Shown piece by piece: positions 1 to 10,104 of a stretch of 53,034 nucleotides of DNA; within the stretch, counting starts at the first letter, position 1; the number at the start of each line of letters is the position of its first letter. The notes beneath the pieces are model-generated. The model made no database searches. It saw nothing but the letters and a program-made list of their open reading frames with translations, and was not told the DNA's origin. This stretch comes from Candidatus Moranbacteria bacterium GW2011_GWA2_39_41 (GTDB lineage: Bacteria; Patescibacteriota; Minisyncoccia; Moranbacterales; UBA2206): positions 1 through 53,034 of the forward strand of contig LBXA01000002.1 of assembly GCA_000995125.1 (NCBI GenBank). Direction: 5' to 3'. Both the position numbers and the translations under genes were made by a program.

Positions 1-148
1 ATGGAGATAGCCTTAATTGTTTAGCTATCTCCAAGATTAGATTTTAAATGATAAATCGACTAGGGCAATCATTAGATTTTGGATGAGTTACTGCGGGCAG
101 TTTTTCTATTTTTAAGTTTGTGCTATAATAATTGCAGAGAATAAAATT

Positions 149-637
149 ATGCAAAATAAAAAAAGAGCCTTAAATTTAGCCAGTAACCAGGGTTTCACTC
201 TGGTCGAGTTGCTTTTGGTAATTGGTATCATTGCCACTCTGGCGGTGGTGGTTTTTGTGGCGCTGGATCCGGCGAAGCGCTTTGCCGATGCGCGGAACGC
301 GCGGAGAACTTCCGATTTGGAAACGATTTTGAGCGCGGTGCATCAACATGTGATTGATAGCAAAGGTTCTTTTCCTGATGGACTTGATAATGTAGAGCGA
401 CAAATTGTGACATCATTGGACACTTGTGATATTGGCACTGGTGGGTGTGGAGCATCTGGCACAGTTGATTGTATTGATTTGCGAACACCATTGGAAAAAT
501 ATCTCAAGGCCATCCCATTTGATCCATCGGCTAGCATTGATCACTCACATTATACGATTATGAAAGATGTCAATGGAATTGTGACAGTGCGAGCTTGCGA
601 TGCGGAAGGAGAAACTGAAATTGTGGTTTCTCGCTAG
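149..637 (+). CDS. Type IV pilin / pseudopilin-like protein
   Basis: Class III signal G|FTLVELLLVIGIIATLAVVV (E at +5); Cys pairs in the C-terminal part. Confidence 0.9.
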   Translation: MQNKKRALNLASNQGFTLVELLLVIGIIATLAVVVFVALDPAKRFADARNARRTSDLETILSAVHQHVIDSKGSFPDGLDNVERQIVTSLDTCDIGTGGCGASGTVDCIDLRTPLEKYLKAIPFDPSASIDHSHYTIMKDVNGIVTVRACDAEGETEIVVSR

Positions 638-660
638 TCTTTGTCTTGAAAGCTCTATCT

Positions 661-717
661 TCAATATAAAAAACACCAGCCAGCAGAAATGTTGCGCTGG
701 TTTTTTGTATATATTGA
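661..717. terminator. Intrinsic terminator, probably bidirectional
   Basis: AAAAAACACCAGC...GCTGGTTTTTTG hairpin after the pilin gene, extended by TCAATATA/TATATTGA. Confidence 0.7.
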
Positions 718-756
718 ATTTGTGGTATAATGAAAATAATAAAATTTACTTTAAAA

Positions 757-787
757 TTCACCCAGCTAAATTATTTAACAGGGTAAA
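757..787. repeat. Short copy of the CCCCGTTAAAT-type inverted repeat element
   Basis: TTCACCCAGCTAAAT-T-ATTTAACAGGGTAAA; ends resemble those at 18928, 31279 and 51793. Confidence 0.55.
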
Positions 788-798
788 AAAATAAAAAA

Positions 799-1761
799 AT
801 GGAAAAAACAAAAAAAGAAGAAAAAGTAACAAAGACATCGATAGAGAAAATATTTAAAGATAAGAAAAAAATGGATTCCGGGGTTGTGAAAAAAAAAGCA
901 GTTAAAACTACTAGGGCTGTTGTGCGCAAGGAGGCAAAAGTGGAGCCGGAAGCTAAGAAAGTATATGTTGAACAGTCAGTCGCTACTGAAACTGCAAGTG
1001 AAGGGATTTTGGAAAAGGCAAAAATTTGGAAAAAGATCTTGCCGGCCGTGATTATCGTAGTGGTGATTGGCATATTGGGCGGAGCAGGATATTATTTTTA
1101 TCATAAATATAAGAAAGCTCCGGTAGCGGTCAATGAAAATGAAGATTTTACTATCAAGGTCGGAAAGATGATGGAATTGCCGAATGAAGCAGTGACGCTT
1201 GCTACCGTCACAGACAAGGAAAAGTTGAAAGATCAGCCATTTTTTGCCAACAGCGAGAACGGAGACAAGGCTTTGATCTATACGCAGGCGAAAAAGGCAA
1301 TCCTATATCGTCCAAGCACGAATAAAATTATTGAAGTAATGTATCTTTCGATTAGTCAGAATGCTACAACTTCTGAGGTTCCTGTGGCTGAAAATTCGGC
1401 GCAAAATGCAACTTCCGCTCCAGAGCAAACTCAAACAGCGCTTGTGGACAATTCAACCGCGCAGGAACAAGTTGCAACAGAGCCAGTCAAAGTGGTGGTG
1501 TATAATGGCACAAACACGAAAGGGATGGCGGCTAATATGGCGGACAAAATTTCAGTTATTGAAGGTGTGACTATCGCTGAGAAAACTAATGCGGTCGGAG
1601 CATATACAACGACAATTGTGGTCAATTTGAACGGCAAAGATGAGGCAGCACAAAAAATTGCTGAGGCTGTCGGTGGACAAGTGACGAAAGACTTGCCAGA
1701 CGGGGAGAAGTCTCCGGAAGCTGATATTCTGGTGATTGTGGGGAGTGATTTTGTGAAATAA
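799..1761 (+). CDS. Membrane protein with C-terminal LytR_C-like domain
   Basis: Single TM; C-terminal VVVYNGT...GMAA...DILVIVGSD pattern. Confidence 0.75.
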   Translation: MEKTKKEEKVTKTSIEKIFKDKKKMDSGVVKKKAVKTTRAVVRKEAKVEPEAKKVYVEQSVATETASEGILEKAKIWKKILPAVIIVVVIGILGGAGYYFYHKYKKAPVAVNENEDFTIKVGKMMELPNEAVTLATVTDKEKLKDQPFFANSENGDKALIYTQAKKAILYRPSTNKIIEVMYLSISQNATTSEVPVAENSAQNATSAPEQTQTALVDNSTAQEQVATEPVKVVVYNGTNTKGMAANMADKISVIEGVTIAEKTNAVGAYTTTIVVNLNGKDEAAQKIAEAVGGQVTKDLPDGEKSPEADILVIVGSDFVK

Positions 1762-1805
1762 AATAGTAGCAAATAACTAGTCTATTTAATAGGATAAGTA
1801 AAAAA

Positions 1806-2651
1806 ATGGAAAAATCAAACAAAAGCATCATTGTGATTATCGTGGCGACAATTCTGATTACAACAGCTGGTCTGTGGTGGTATTCAAGCCGATCCACTAC
1901 CACTATCACTACTGTTGTTACTAAAGAAAAGGCAGTCTATAATATCGCTGGCTCTGGGTCAGCCGGTTTTGTGTTGAATTTTTGGACAAAAAAGTTTGAA
2001 GAACAAAATTCACAGATAAAAATGGAATTTTTGTCATCATCCGACGCTACCATCGCCTATGTTGGAGTGGCAGAAAGAACTGTTGATTTGGGTGTCGCAT
2101 CACGATTGCCCAAGCCAACAGAAGAAAATGCATCTCTGGAGATAACACCGTTTGCTAAAGACGCGATCGTTTTGGCTGTGAATAATTCCGTGCTTGGCGT
2201 TACGAATCTTTCTAAAGAAGAAATCGCTGGAATTTGGTCGGGAAAAATTGTAAATTGGAATCAAGTGGGAGGACCAAATGCTAAAATCGTTGTGATCGAT
2301 CGAGAAGAAGATGAATCAGCCAAGAAAAAATTACGCGAATTGTATATCGGAAATGATGCGGTAGCTTCAGACGCGATTGAAGTTCATTCAGAAAAAGATG
2401 TTTTTAGTGCGATTAATTCAACTAAAAATAGCATCGGGATGCTTTCTTATGCTCGAGTTAAGGGCAATTCAAATTTGTTGACTTTGAAATTGGATGGACT
2501 GGGGATCACCGATGTGGATTCAGGTGCCTATCCATATGTCAGAACACTGTATGTTGTGACAAGGAAGGATAGCCCAGAAGGAATCAAAAAATTTGTGGAT
2601 TTTGTGAAAAATTCAAATTTGCATGAAACATTTGGTTGCTTCAAGCCATAA
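1806..2651 (+). CDS. PstS-like phosphate-binding protein (PBP domain), membrane anchored
   Basis: IAGSGS, DLGVASR, DAIVLAVN, WNQVGGPNAKIVVIDREE, GAYPYVRTLY motifs; no pstCAB nearby. Confidence 0.8.
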   Translation: MEKSNKSIIVIIVATILITTAGLWWYSSRSTTTITTVVTKEKAVYNIAGSGSAGFVLNFWTKKFEEQNSQIKMEFLSSSDATIAYVGVAERTVDLGVASRLPKPTEENASLEITPFAKDAIVLAVNNSVLGVTNLSKEEIAGIWSGKIVNWNQVGGPNAKIVVIDREEDESAKKKLRELYIGNDAVASDAIEVHSEKDVFSAINSTKNSIGMLSYARVKGNSNLLTLKLDGLGITDVDSGAYPYVRTLYVVTRKDSPEGIKKFVDFVKNSNLHETFGCFKP

Positions 2652-2681
2652 TTAAAATAGCGCTTTAATCTTATCTATCAA

Positions 2682-5480
2682 ATGGATAATGAAGAAATTT
2701 TAACTGAAAATTCATCTGATTCGCAGAACATATTTAACAAAATATGGGTTAAGTTGACTGTCCGGAGTTTTATCTTCGTGGTTTTGAGTGTGTCTTTCCT
2801 GATGTCATTTAGTTATTTTGTTGTATCCAATTGGAATTTTGCTAGGTCAGTTGATCAAAATATGCAAAAAAACCTAGAGGATTTTATTGTGGATGGTCAG
2901 GGAGTTTTTTCTCGAACTATTGACGAGTTTGCGGTCGCAGCTGAACTGATTGCGCGCAATAAAATAATTCAAGCTTCAGTGAATGATGTAAATATTTCCG
3001 AGGATGCGATAACGCTTATTACGAAGCAAAAAATTGACTTTCTTTTTGAGGAGGCTTTTCTTCTGACAGGAGCTGGACAAGTGCTTTTCAGTGACACTCA
3101 AGACGAGACTTTCCTAGAAAATATTGATTTCCAACAAGCCATTGAAAGGAGTCATAACCTCAAAGTTAGACAAGCTGTAATCGTTGATTCGCCATTCTAT
3201 CAAAAACCAGTGTTGTTTATTTTATATCCCGTGGTTGGTTCTGACAAGCACGGTTTAGTTGCTTTTGGTAGGGTGATGGATGAAGAATTTCTAAAGAGAC
3301 TCTTCCCAGCTGAATATAGAGGAGTTTTTATAGTTACTAAAAAGGGAAAGGTTGGGGCTGCAAACATATTTGACATGTCTATGCGTCATTTGTTTGAAAA
3401 TGAAAGTCAGGATTTATTGTCTGCAGGAGATAATAAACAGCTTGGAAGCATAAAAACCATTGATGCGGATAATTTTAAGGGTATGATATCAATAGCGCCG
3501 ATACTCCAATCATCATTTTTGGTTGGAAACATTGGATTTTTCTTGGATGGAAGTGATTTTTTTGCAGTGCAGAAAAATTCGATTATGGTGAGTGTGATAG
3601 TTATTGTTTTTGTAGGCTTATTATTTTTTATTACATTGATATTTATGGATAGGCTTATAATAAAGCCGATTGTTAGCTTAGCAGAAGGCTTTTCTAGAGT
3701 TGAAGGTAGTGATTTGTCAGTGCAACTCGTGCCTTTTGGATTAGTTGATTTAAGAGGTATTCTAAATGGATTCAATAAGGCAATATATAAAGTTGCGAAG
3801 AGGGATAATGAATTGAGTGACGCCGTAGAGGTTCTAAATCAAAAAAATGAAGAGATGACCAAAAGCAAATCAGCCATGATGAATATTTTAGAAGATGTGG
3901 CACAATCAGAACATGAGCTTGCTCAAAAAACTACTGATTTGGAAAAATTTCAGCAAGCGGCGGATGCGAGTTTTGATCAAATTACAATTTCTGATACCAA
4001 TAGAATTATTTTGTATATCAATAGCGCCGGAGAAGGAATAACTGGTTATTCAAAAGAGGAGTCAATCGGAAAAAATCCTGAAAATCTCTGGGGTGGTCAA
4101 ATGTCAGCGGAATTTTATGCGGACATGTTTCGGATAACTGAGGTGGAAAAAGCACCTTTTGCTGGAGAAATCACGAATAAACGTAAAGATGGACAGAACT
4201 ACTTGGCGAGTATTCGTGTTTCTCCAATTTTAGATAAAAAGGGGGATGTAAAGTTTTTCGTTGGAGTTGAACGTGACATCACGGAAGAGCGAGAAGCGCA
4301 AGTGCAAGTTATTCGTCACGCGGCAGATTTGCAAAAAGCCAACATTGCCGTTGAAAAACAGAAAGAAAGCGCGGAAGGAATTTTGAGATTTTTGAAATCA
4401 ATCGGAGATGGCGTGGTGGCAACGGATATGGATGGAAAGATAATTTTTTTCAATGAAGCGGCGGAAAAACTCACTGGGGCTACAAATGAGAAAGCAGTTG
4501 GCAATTATGCCTGGGAAACACTTTGGTATTTTAAGGAAAATGATCCAGAAAATCAAATCAAGGTTATTAGAAAGTTTTTGGTTGGTGAAAGAAATATTAA
4601 TCAAGTTAGTGACAGAATGATGTTGAAGCGACAGGATGATTCTGTTGTTGATATCGCTTTTACGATTTCATTCATTTATGATAAAAACAAGGTGAAGCAG
4701 GGTTGTATCTTGGTTATGCGAGACGTGACGGAAGAGCGAGAAGTGGAGAAAGCTAAAGATAATTTTCTTTCGGTGGCAGCCCATCAATTGCGCACCCCGC
4801 TGTCTGGTATTCGTTGGAGCTTGGAGATGCTTTTGGGCGATGATGTCGGGAAATTGCCAGATGAGGCGCATGAGGTGGTGGAAAATATCAATGAAAACAC
4901 GATGCGCTTGATAAATTTGGTTAATGACCTTTTGAATGTTTCACGCATCAATATGGGCAAGGTTGTGGAGGAAGCTAGTCCAGTGACTGTGGTGGAAACA
5001 ATTTCGGCAGTTTTGAAGAGCGGTGATGGATTTGTGGCTAAAAACAAGGTTAAAATTATTTTTGATAAGAGTAAAAATGCTAAAATAAAAGTTCTTATCA
5101 GCCCACAACATCTCTTTGAATCAATAGAAAACATTGTTTCTAACGCGATAAAATATACTCCAGAACAGGGAACGGTTGAAATTTCTGTTGCTAGCAAGGC
5201 CAAGATGGTTAAAATTGCAATAGCTGATTCAGGTATTGGCATCCCGAAGAAAGAACAGGAAAAAATGTTTTCTAAGTTTTTCCGAGCGCAAAATGCCATT
5301 CAGAAGGATCCAGATGGTTCCGGCTTGGGGTTAAGTGTGGTAAAATCATTTATAGAAGAAGCTGGTGGAACAGTGTTCTTCGAAAGTGAGGAGGGCAAAG
5401 GAACAACATTTTTCATAGAGTTGCCAATTTACCCCCACACCAATTCTGAAGACAAAAAATCCCCTATGCTCACCAAGTAA
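2682..5480 (+). CDS. Membrane sensor histidine kinase (2 TM, HAMP, 2 PAS/PAC, HisKA, HATPase)
   Basis: H-box AAHQLRTPL, N-box NIVSNAIKYT, G boxes DSGIGI and GSGLGL. Confidence 0.93.
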   Translation: MDNEEILTENSSDSQNIFNKIWVKLTVRSFIFVVLSVSFLMSFSYFVVSNWNFARSVDQNMQKNLEDFIVDGQGVFSRTIDEFAVAAELIARNKIIQASVNDVNISEDAITLITKQKIDFLFEEAFLLTGAGQVLFSDTQDETFLENIDFQQAIERSHNLKVRQAVIVDSPFYQKPVLFILYPVVGSDKHGLVAFGRVMDEEFLKRLFPAEYRGVFIVTKKGKVGAANIFDMSMRHLFENESQDLLSAGDNKQLGSIKTIDADNFKGMISIAPILQSSFLVGNIGFFLDGSDFFAVQKNSIMVSVIVIVFVGLLFFITLIFMDRLIIKPIVSLAEGFSRVEGSDLSVQLVPFGLVDLRGILNGFNKAIYKVAKRDNELSDAVEVLNQKNEEMTKSKSAMMNILEDVAQSEHELAQKTTDLEKFQQAADASFDQITISDTNRIILYINSAGEGITGYSKEESIGKNPENLWGGQMSAEFYADMFRITEVEKAPFAGEITNKRKDGQNYLASIRVSPILDKKGDVKFFVGVERDITEEREAQVQVIRHAADLQKANIAVEKQKESAEGILRFLKSIGDGVVATDMDGKIIFFNEAAEKLTGATNEKAVGNYAWETLWYFKENDPENQIKVIRKFLVGERNINQVSDRMMLKRQDDSVVDIAFTISFIYDKNKVKQGCILVMRDVTEEREVEKAKDNFLSVAAHQLRTPLSGIRWSLEMLLGDDVGKLPDEAHEVVENINENTMRLINLVNDLLNVSRINMGKVVEEASPVTVVETISAVLKSGDGFVAKNKVKIIFDKSKNAKIKVLISPQHLFESIENIVSNAIKYTPEQGTVEISVASKAKMVKIAIADSGIGIPKKEQEKMFSKFFRAQNAIQKDPDGSGLGLSVVKSFIEEAGGTVFFESEEGKGTTFFIELPIYPHTNSEDKKSPMLTK

Positions 5481-5535
5481 ATTGATGTGGGGGTGTATAA
5501 GGAAAGCAAATAAATTTATATCTGAAAATAATAAT

Positions 5536-5910
5536 ATGAGCAAAGCACCAATTATTTTAATTGCCGAGGATGATAAATTTCTCATAAAGGTTTATCAGAC
5601 AAAACTGACAAAAGAGGGTTTTCAGGTTGAGATTGCAACTAATGGAGAAGAAGCCTTGAAACTGGCGCGGGAAAAAAATCCTGATCTGATTTTTTGCGAT
5701 TTGATGATGCCGATTAAGGATGGTTTTGAGACGCTCAAAGAGTTGAAGGCTGATCCAAAGTTGAAAAAAATAAAGGTGATTATTCTCTCCAATCTAAGTC
5801 AAGAGGAGGATAAAAAACGGGTATTGGATTTGGGCGCAGAAGAATATATTGTTAAGGCTGATGTGCCATTCTCGGAAGTCATTGCTTTGGCAAAAAAATA
5901 TTTAAGCTAA
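5536..5910 (+). CDS. Single-domain response regulator (receiver only)
   Basis: ILIAEDD, PDLIFCDLMMP, ILSN, YIVK; start placed at ATG 5536 (MSKAP). Confidence 0.9.
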   Translation: MSKAPIILIAEDDKFLIKVYQTKLTKEGFQVEIATNGEEALKLAREKNPDLIFCDLMMPIKDGFETLKELKADPKLKKIKVIILSNLSQEEDKKRVLDLGAEEYIVKADVPFSEVIALAKKYLS

Positions 5911-5922
5911 GAAAAAAACAGC

Positions 5923-7620
5923 ATGGCTGATTTTAAAGATTTTTCCATAACTAAAACGGCGCTACTTGATTCAGGAACTGTCTCTGAGTCAGATTTTGCG
6001 CGAGCTGAAACATTAGCTGCGCAAGATAATATTGCATTCACGGAAGCAGTAGTGCGTCTTGAAATTCTTTCTGAAGAAGAAGTGACGCGAGTCATTGCTG
6101 ACGCACTAGGATTTCCGTATGTTGATCTTTCCAAGGAGACTGTCGCGCCAGAATTTCTGGCAGAAATTCCAGAAGTTGTGGCTCGCAAGAACCAAATTGT
6201 TCCATTCAAGAAAGATGCCGAAGGATTGCATCTGGCTATGGCTGATCCAATCAATTTAGAAATAAGCGATTTTATCGCGCGCAAAGAAGGAATGCCTGTG
6301 AAAGTGTATATGGCTACAGAACGGGACATTGAAAACACATTGGAGCGTTATGGCGGAGGACTTTCGGATGCGCTCAAGAAAACATTGGAGTTGGCAGAGA
6401 AAGCTGTTTCGGATGGAGGCGAACCGCCAATTGTGAATATTGTGCGCGACATCCTTTCTTTTGCCTATCAAAATCGCGCATCTGATGTGCATATCGAACC
6501 GCGTGAAGACATTGATTCGGTAATTAGATTTCGTATTGATGGAGTTTTGCATGATGTGGCCTTGCTTCCACAGTCTTTGCATAATCAAGTCATTTCTCGT
6601 ATCAAGGTTTTGGCACGTTTGCAAACCGATGAACATCAAAAACCGCAAGATGGAAAAATTGAATTTCCAATTGAACGGGAAAAAGTGGATGTGCGTGTTT
6701 CGCTGGTGCCAATTATGGAGGGCGAGAAAGTGGTGATGCGTCTTTTGTCGGAAAGATCTCGCCGATTTTCTTTGGCTAATTTGGGAATGGATGAACAGGA
6801 TTTGAAAAAAATTCATGATGCCTATGAAAAACCCTACGGTATGGTTTTGGCAACTGGACCAACTGGTTGTGGCAAGACAACTTCGCTCTATACAATTCTG
6901 AAGATTTTGAATGAACGCAATGTTAATATTATGACCATCGAAGATCCGGTAGAATATGACCTCGAAGGAGTTAATCAAATTCAGGTGAATACGAAAGCTA
7001 ATTTAACTTTTGCGACAGGACTACGCAGTATTTTACGTCAAGATCCGAACATTATTTTGGTGGGAGAAATCCGAGACAAAGAAACGGCCAATATTGCAAT
7101 CAATCTGGCCATGACTGGACATCTTGTGCTTTCAACTTTGCATACCAATGATGCGGCGACGGCTATTCCGCGATTTGTTGATTTGGGAGTTGAGCCATTT
7201 TTGATCGCCTCAACGGTGAATAGTATTTTGGCGCAACGGTTGGTGCGTAAAATTCACAGTGGTTGTCGAGCTAGCGAAGAAATTTCGGCTGAGGATGTGG
7301 CAAATCGCGTAGGCTGGGAAGCAACACAAAAAGTTTTTGGTGTATCCAAAAAGGATGCGAAAAAGAAAAAAATTACATTGTATAGAGGGAAAGGTTGCGA
7401 GGCCTGTCGGGGAACTGGCTTTGAAGGACGTATCGGTATGTTTGAAGTTTTGGTGATGGATGATGAGATTAAAAAAGCAATTATGAAAAATCAAGAAGCC
7501 GGATCGATTGCTGAATTGGCTAAAAGCCGTGGGATGCGAACAATGTTGGAAGACGGACTGGAAAAGGTCAAGATTGGACTGACCACTCTGGACGAAGTTT
7601 TGGGAGCGACAAAAGCTTAG
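5923..7620 (+). CDS. pilB: PilB/GspE-family pilus assembly ATPase
   Basis: ASDVHIEP, Walker A GPTGCGKT, TIEDPVE, LRQDPNIILVGEIRD, GHLVLSTLH. Confidence 0.92.
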   Translation: MADFKDFSITKTALLDSGTVSESDFARAETLAAQDNIAFTEAVVRLEILSEEEVTRVIADALGFPYVDLSKETVAPEFLAEIPEVVARKNQIVPFKKDAEGLHLAMADPINLEISDFIARKEGMPVKVYMATERDIENTLERYGGGLSDALKKTLELAEKAVSDGGEPPIVNIVRDILSFAYQNRASDVHIEPREDIDSVIRFRIDGVLHDVALLPQSLHNQVISRIKVLARLQTDEHQKPQDGKIEFPIEREKVDVRVSLVPIMEGEKVVMRLLSERSRRFSLANLGMDEQDLKKIHDAYEKPYGMVLATGPTGCGKTTSLYTILKILNERNVNIMTIEDPVEYDLEGVNQIQVNTKANLTFATGLRSILRQDPNIILVGEIRDKETANIAINLAMTGHLVLSTLHTNDAATAIPRFVDLGVEPFLIASTVNSILAQRLVRKIHSGCRASEEISAEDVANRVGWEATQKVFGVSKKDAKKKKITLYRGKGCEACRGTGFEGRIGMFEVLVMDDEIKKAIMKNQEAGSIAELAKSRGMRTMLEDGLEKVKIGLTTLDEVLGATKA

Positions 7621-7651
7621 AAGTGAGTTAACTATTTTTTTAGAAAAATAT

Positions 7652-8002
7652 ATGTGTGATAAGATTTATGATGTAGATTTGACTGATGACGTTACGCCAC
7701 TAGAAGTGAGAGACGCGATGATAAGGTGTTTTGTGCAGGCTCACGCAGAAGTAATGCAGGAAATGAAGGAATATCATAAATTCGATTCAGAAGAAGAATT
7801 CAAAAAAATGGAGCAGATGAATGTGTCTGCGTTAATTAGATCCATTTTTGGAGACATTGGAGCTGATTTTGATAATCCTACCAAAGAAGATTTGGCTAAG
7901 GTGATGAATAAACTGGTCGATTACGCAGTTAACTTCAGGAATCCGGAGATAGTGAAGAAGCATTATGACGAAATGATGCTGTTATTCAATAAATTAAAAT
8001 AG
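7652..8002 (+). CDS. Hypothetical alpha-helical protein between pilB and pilC
   Basis: 116-aa ORF packed in the operon; its stop abuts the next ATG. Confidence 0.75.
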   Translation: MCDKIYDVDLTDDVTPLEVRDAMIRCFVQAHAEVMQEMKEYHKFDSEEEFKKMEQMNVSALIRSIFGDIGADFDNPTKEDLAKVMNKLVDYAVNFRNPEIVKKHYDEMMLLFNKLK

Positions 8003-9058
8003 ATGCGCATATTTTCTTCATTTGGATTTGCAGAGAAACTTTTTTTTGCCAAACATTTGGCGACGCTTTTGAAGGGTGGAATTCCTTTGGCAGAAGCTTT
8101 GAAATTGCTTTCCGAGCAGGGCGGAAAAATTGGTCCAGTAGCTGGAGAAATTCTGAGTAGTGTGGAGAATGGCCAATCACTTTCAGCTTCTTTGGGTCGG
8201 CATCCAGATGAATTCGGAGCTTTTTATATCAGCCTAGTCGAAGTGGGCGAGGTTTCTGGAACATTGGAGAAGAGTTTGGAATTTCTAGCAGAAAAACTGG
8301 CACGCGAAGAGGCTTTACGGAAAAAAGTGCAAACGATGCTTTTTTATCCCTCAATTGTTTTGGCGGTTTCCGCGGTAGTGGGAGGTTTTGTGAGTTTTTT
8401 TGTCTTGCCAAAATTGGCTGGAATTTTCAGTTCATTTGATGTTGAATTGCCGATAGCCACGAGAATTTTGCTGACATTTGCTAATTTTGTCAAAGTGTAT
8501 GGTGTCGCAGTGATCGTTGCAATTGTGGCAGCTATGTCAATTTTAGGTGGAATAATCAAAATTTCCTATGCGGCAAAATTGTTTTGGCATCATTTGAAAT
8601 TTCACATCCCGTTTGTGGGCAAGGTAAATAAGAGCGCCGCATTGTCCTCGCTTTTTCGAGACTTGGGCGTGATGTTGCAAAGCGGATTGCCGTTGGAATA
8701 TGCGCTTCGAGTGGAAAGTGAAGTTGCAGAAAATTTAGTTATTCGAGAAAAAATCAAAGGTGTTCACGAAGCCGTTTCTGGTGGCAGTACCGTCGGAAAA
8801 GAATTGGCATCAGGCGAATATGAAATTTTTCCAACCCTAGTTTCTCGGATGATTTCGGTTGGGGAAAGTTCAGGCACTCTAGAGGGCACTTTCTTGTATC
8901 TGGCTGATTTTTTTGAGGATGAGACTGACGCAGAAGCCAAAAATGGCGCAGCCTTGCTTGAGCCATTGCTGTTGGTGTTTATTGCACTTGTGGCGGGTTT
9001 TGTGGCTCTGGCGGTTATTTTGCCAATCTATACACTGACTGGGTCAATCCATCGTTAA
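8003..9058 (+). CDS. pilC: PilC/GspF inner-membrane platform protein
   Basis: Two T2SSF repeats (LATLLKGGIPL...GEVSGTL; MLQSGLPL...GESSGTL), 3 TM. Confidence 0.92.
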   Translation: MRIFSSFGFAEKLFFAKHLATLLKGGIPLAEALKLLSEQGGKIGPVAGEILSSVENGQSLSASLGRHPDEFGAFYISLVEVGEVSGTLEKSLEFLAEKLAREEALRKKVQTMLFYPSIVLAVSAVVGGFVSFFVLPKLAGIFSSFDVELPIATRILLTFANFVKVYGVAVIVAIVAAMSILGGIIKISYAAKLFWHHLKFHIPFVGKVNKSAALSSLFRDLGVMLQSGLPLEYALRVESEVAENLVIREKIKGVHEAVSGGSTVGKELASGEYEIFPTLVSRMISVGESSGTLEGTFLYLADFFEDETDAEAKNGAALLEPLLLVFIALVAGFVALAVILPIYTLTGSIHR

Positions 9059-9075
9059 ACAACTTAGTATCTATT

Positions 9076-9501
9076 ATGAAAGGTTTCACGCTAATCGAAA
9101 TAATGCTAGTGATTGCTATTGTTTTGACAGTAGGCTTTTTATCATCAGCCTATCCATTGCGTTTGATTTCTCGAATGGCAATGCGTAATTCGTCAGATGA
9201 AGTCAGAGGCATGTTATGGAAAGCACAATCCTATGCTATGAGTGGTCGTCAACATTCGGCTTGGGGAGTGCATTATGAAAATTCGATAGTAGCTGTATTT
9301 AAGGGCAATGATTATAATAACCGAAATCAAAGTTTTGATGAAAAGATATCTATTGATGAGCGAGTTTCTATTGCAGGATTTCCAGATGCTATTTTTGTTG
9401 TTCCAGATGGCAGACCGCAAGCGCCAATTTCAAATATAACATTCACGTGTGATGATTTGACTGACACGCTCTCTTTGAACGCGGAAGGAGTAATCGAATA
9501 A
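9076..9501 (+). CDS. Minor pilin/pseudopilin (FimT/GspH-like)
   Basis: MKG|FTLIEIMLVIAI. Confidence 0.85.
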   Translation: MKGFTLIEIMLVIAIVLTVGFLSSAYPLRLISRMAMRNSSDEVRGMLWKAQSYAMSGRQHSAWGVHYENSIVAVFKGNDYNNRNQSFDEKISIDERVSIAGFPDAIFVVPDGRPQAPISNITFTCDDLTDTLSLNAEGVIE

Positions 9502-9503
9502 AA

Positions 9504-9628
9504 TTAGGACTTACGCGTTTGCCACTTTGCCTAGAGTGTTCCTAAAGCTAAGCTTTTCGAGAACGCCATTCCCATTCATAAAGCTTAGCTTTAGATAGGC
9601 TGCCAAGAAGCAAACGTGTAAGTCCTAA
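9504..9628. mobile_element. 125-bp MITE-like element
   Basis: Terminal IRs TTAGGACTTACGCGTTTGC / GCAAACGTGTAAGTCCTAA (18/19); perfect inner IR 9542-9556 / 9580-9594. Confidence 0.7.
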
Positions 9629-9633
9629 AAATA

Positions 9634-10098
9634 ATGAAAAAAAAATTAAAAGCATTTTCGGTCATTGAACTTGTGCTGTCGGCAGCACTCTTTTCGATTT
9701 TTTCTGTTTCGATTACACTGGCAGTTTTGCAAGGTAGTAGTGCAATTCAAGCGGGAATTCGCAGTGAAATAGCTCGACAGTTTGCTATGGAAGGCATTGA
9801 GGCGACGCGAGCTGTGCGAGCGCAATCTTTTGACGCATTGCAAAACACTGCTAGCTCTGGCATCGAGTTTGTCGATGGAAAATGGGAATTGGCTGGAGAG
9901 CAAGATGAAAAGGACGGCTATGTACGAAGAATTTCTGTGCAATCAGCGGAGCGTGATTCGGAAGGAAATGTCGTCGCTTCTGGCGGAACTGAAGATCTGG
10001 ATTTGAAGCTAATTGTCGTAGCTGTCACTAAAGATAATTATTCTGTGGATTTCTCAACCTATGTATCTAGACGAGAAATTGTTTTAATTGAGCCATAA
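9634..10098 (+). CDS. Minor pilin (PilV-like)
   Basis: KA|FSVIELVLS followed by a hydrophobic helix. Confidence 0.8.
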   Translation: MKKKLKAFSVIELVLSAALFSIFSVSITLAVLQGSSAIQAGIRSEIARQFAMEGIEATRAVRAQSFDALQNTASSGIEFVDGKWELAGEQDEKDGYVRRISVQSAERDSEGNVVASGGTEDLDLKLIVVAVTKDNYSVDFSTYVSRREIVLIEP

Positions 10099-10104
10099 TT
10101 CAAA

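Noticed and set aside
88..101. TTACTGCGGGCAGT resembling the 38-bp repeat core
   Set aside because: Two bases shorter and lacks the outer arms; may be chance.
7255..7407. PilB zinc site HSGC...CEAC
   Set aside because: A His-for-Cys swap can still bind zinc; minor variation.
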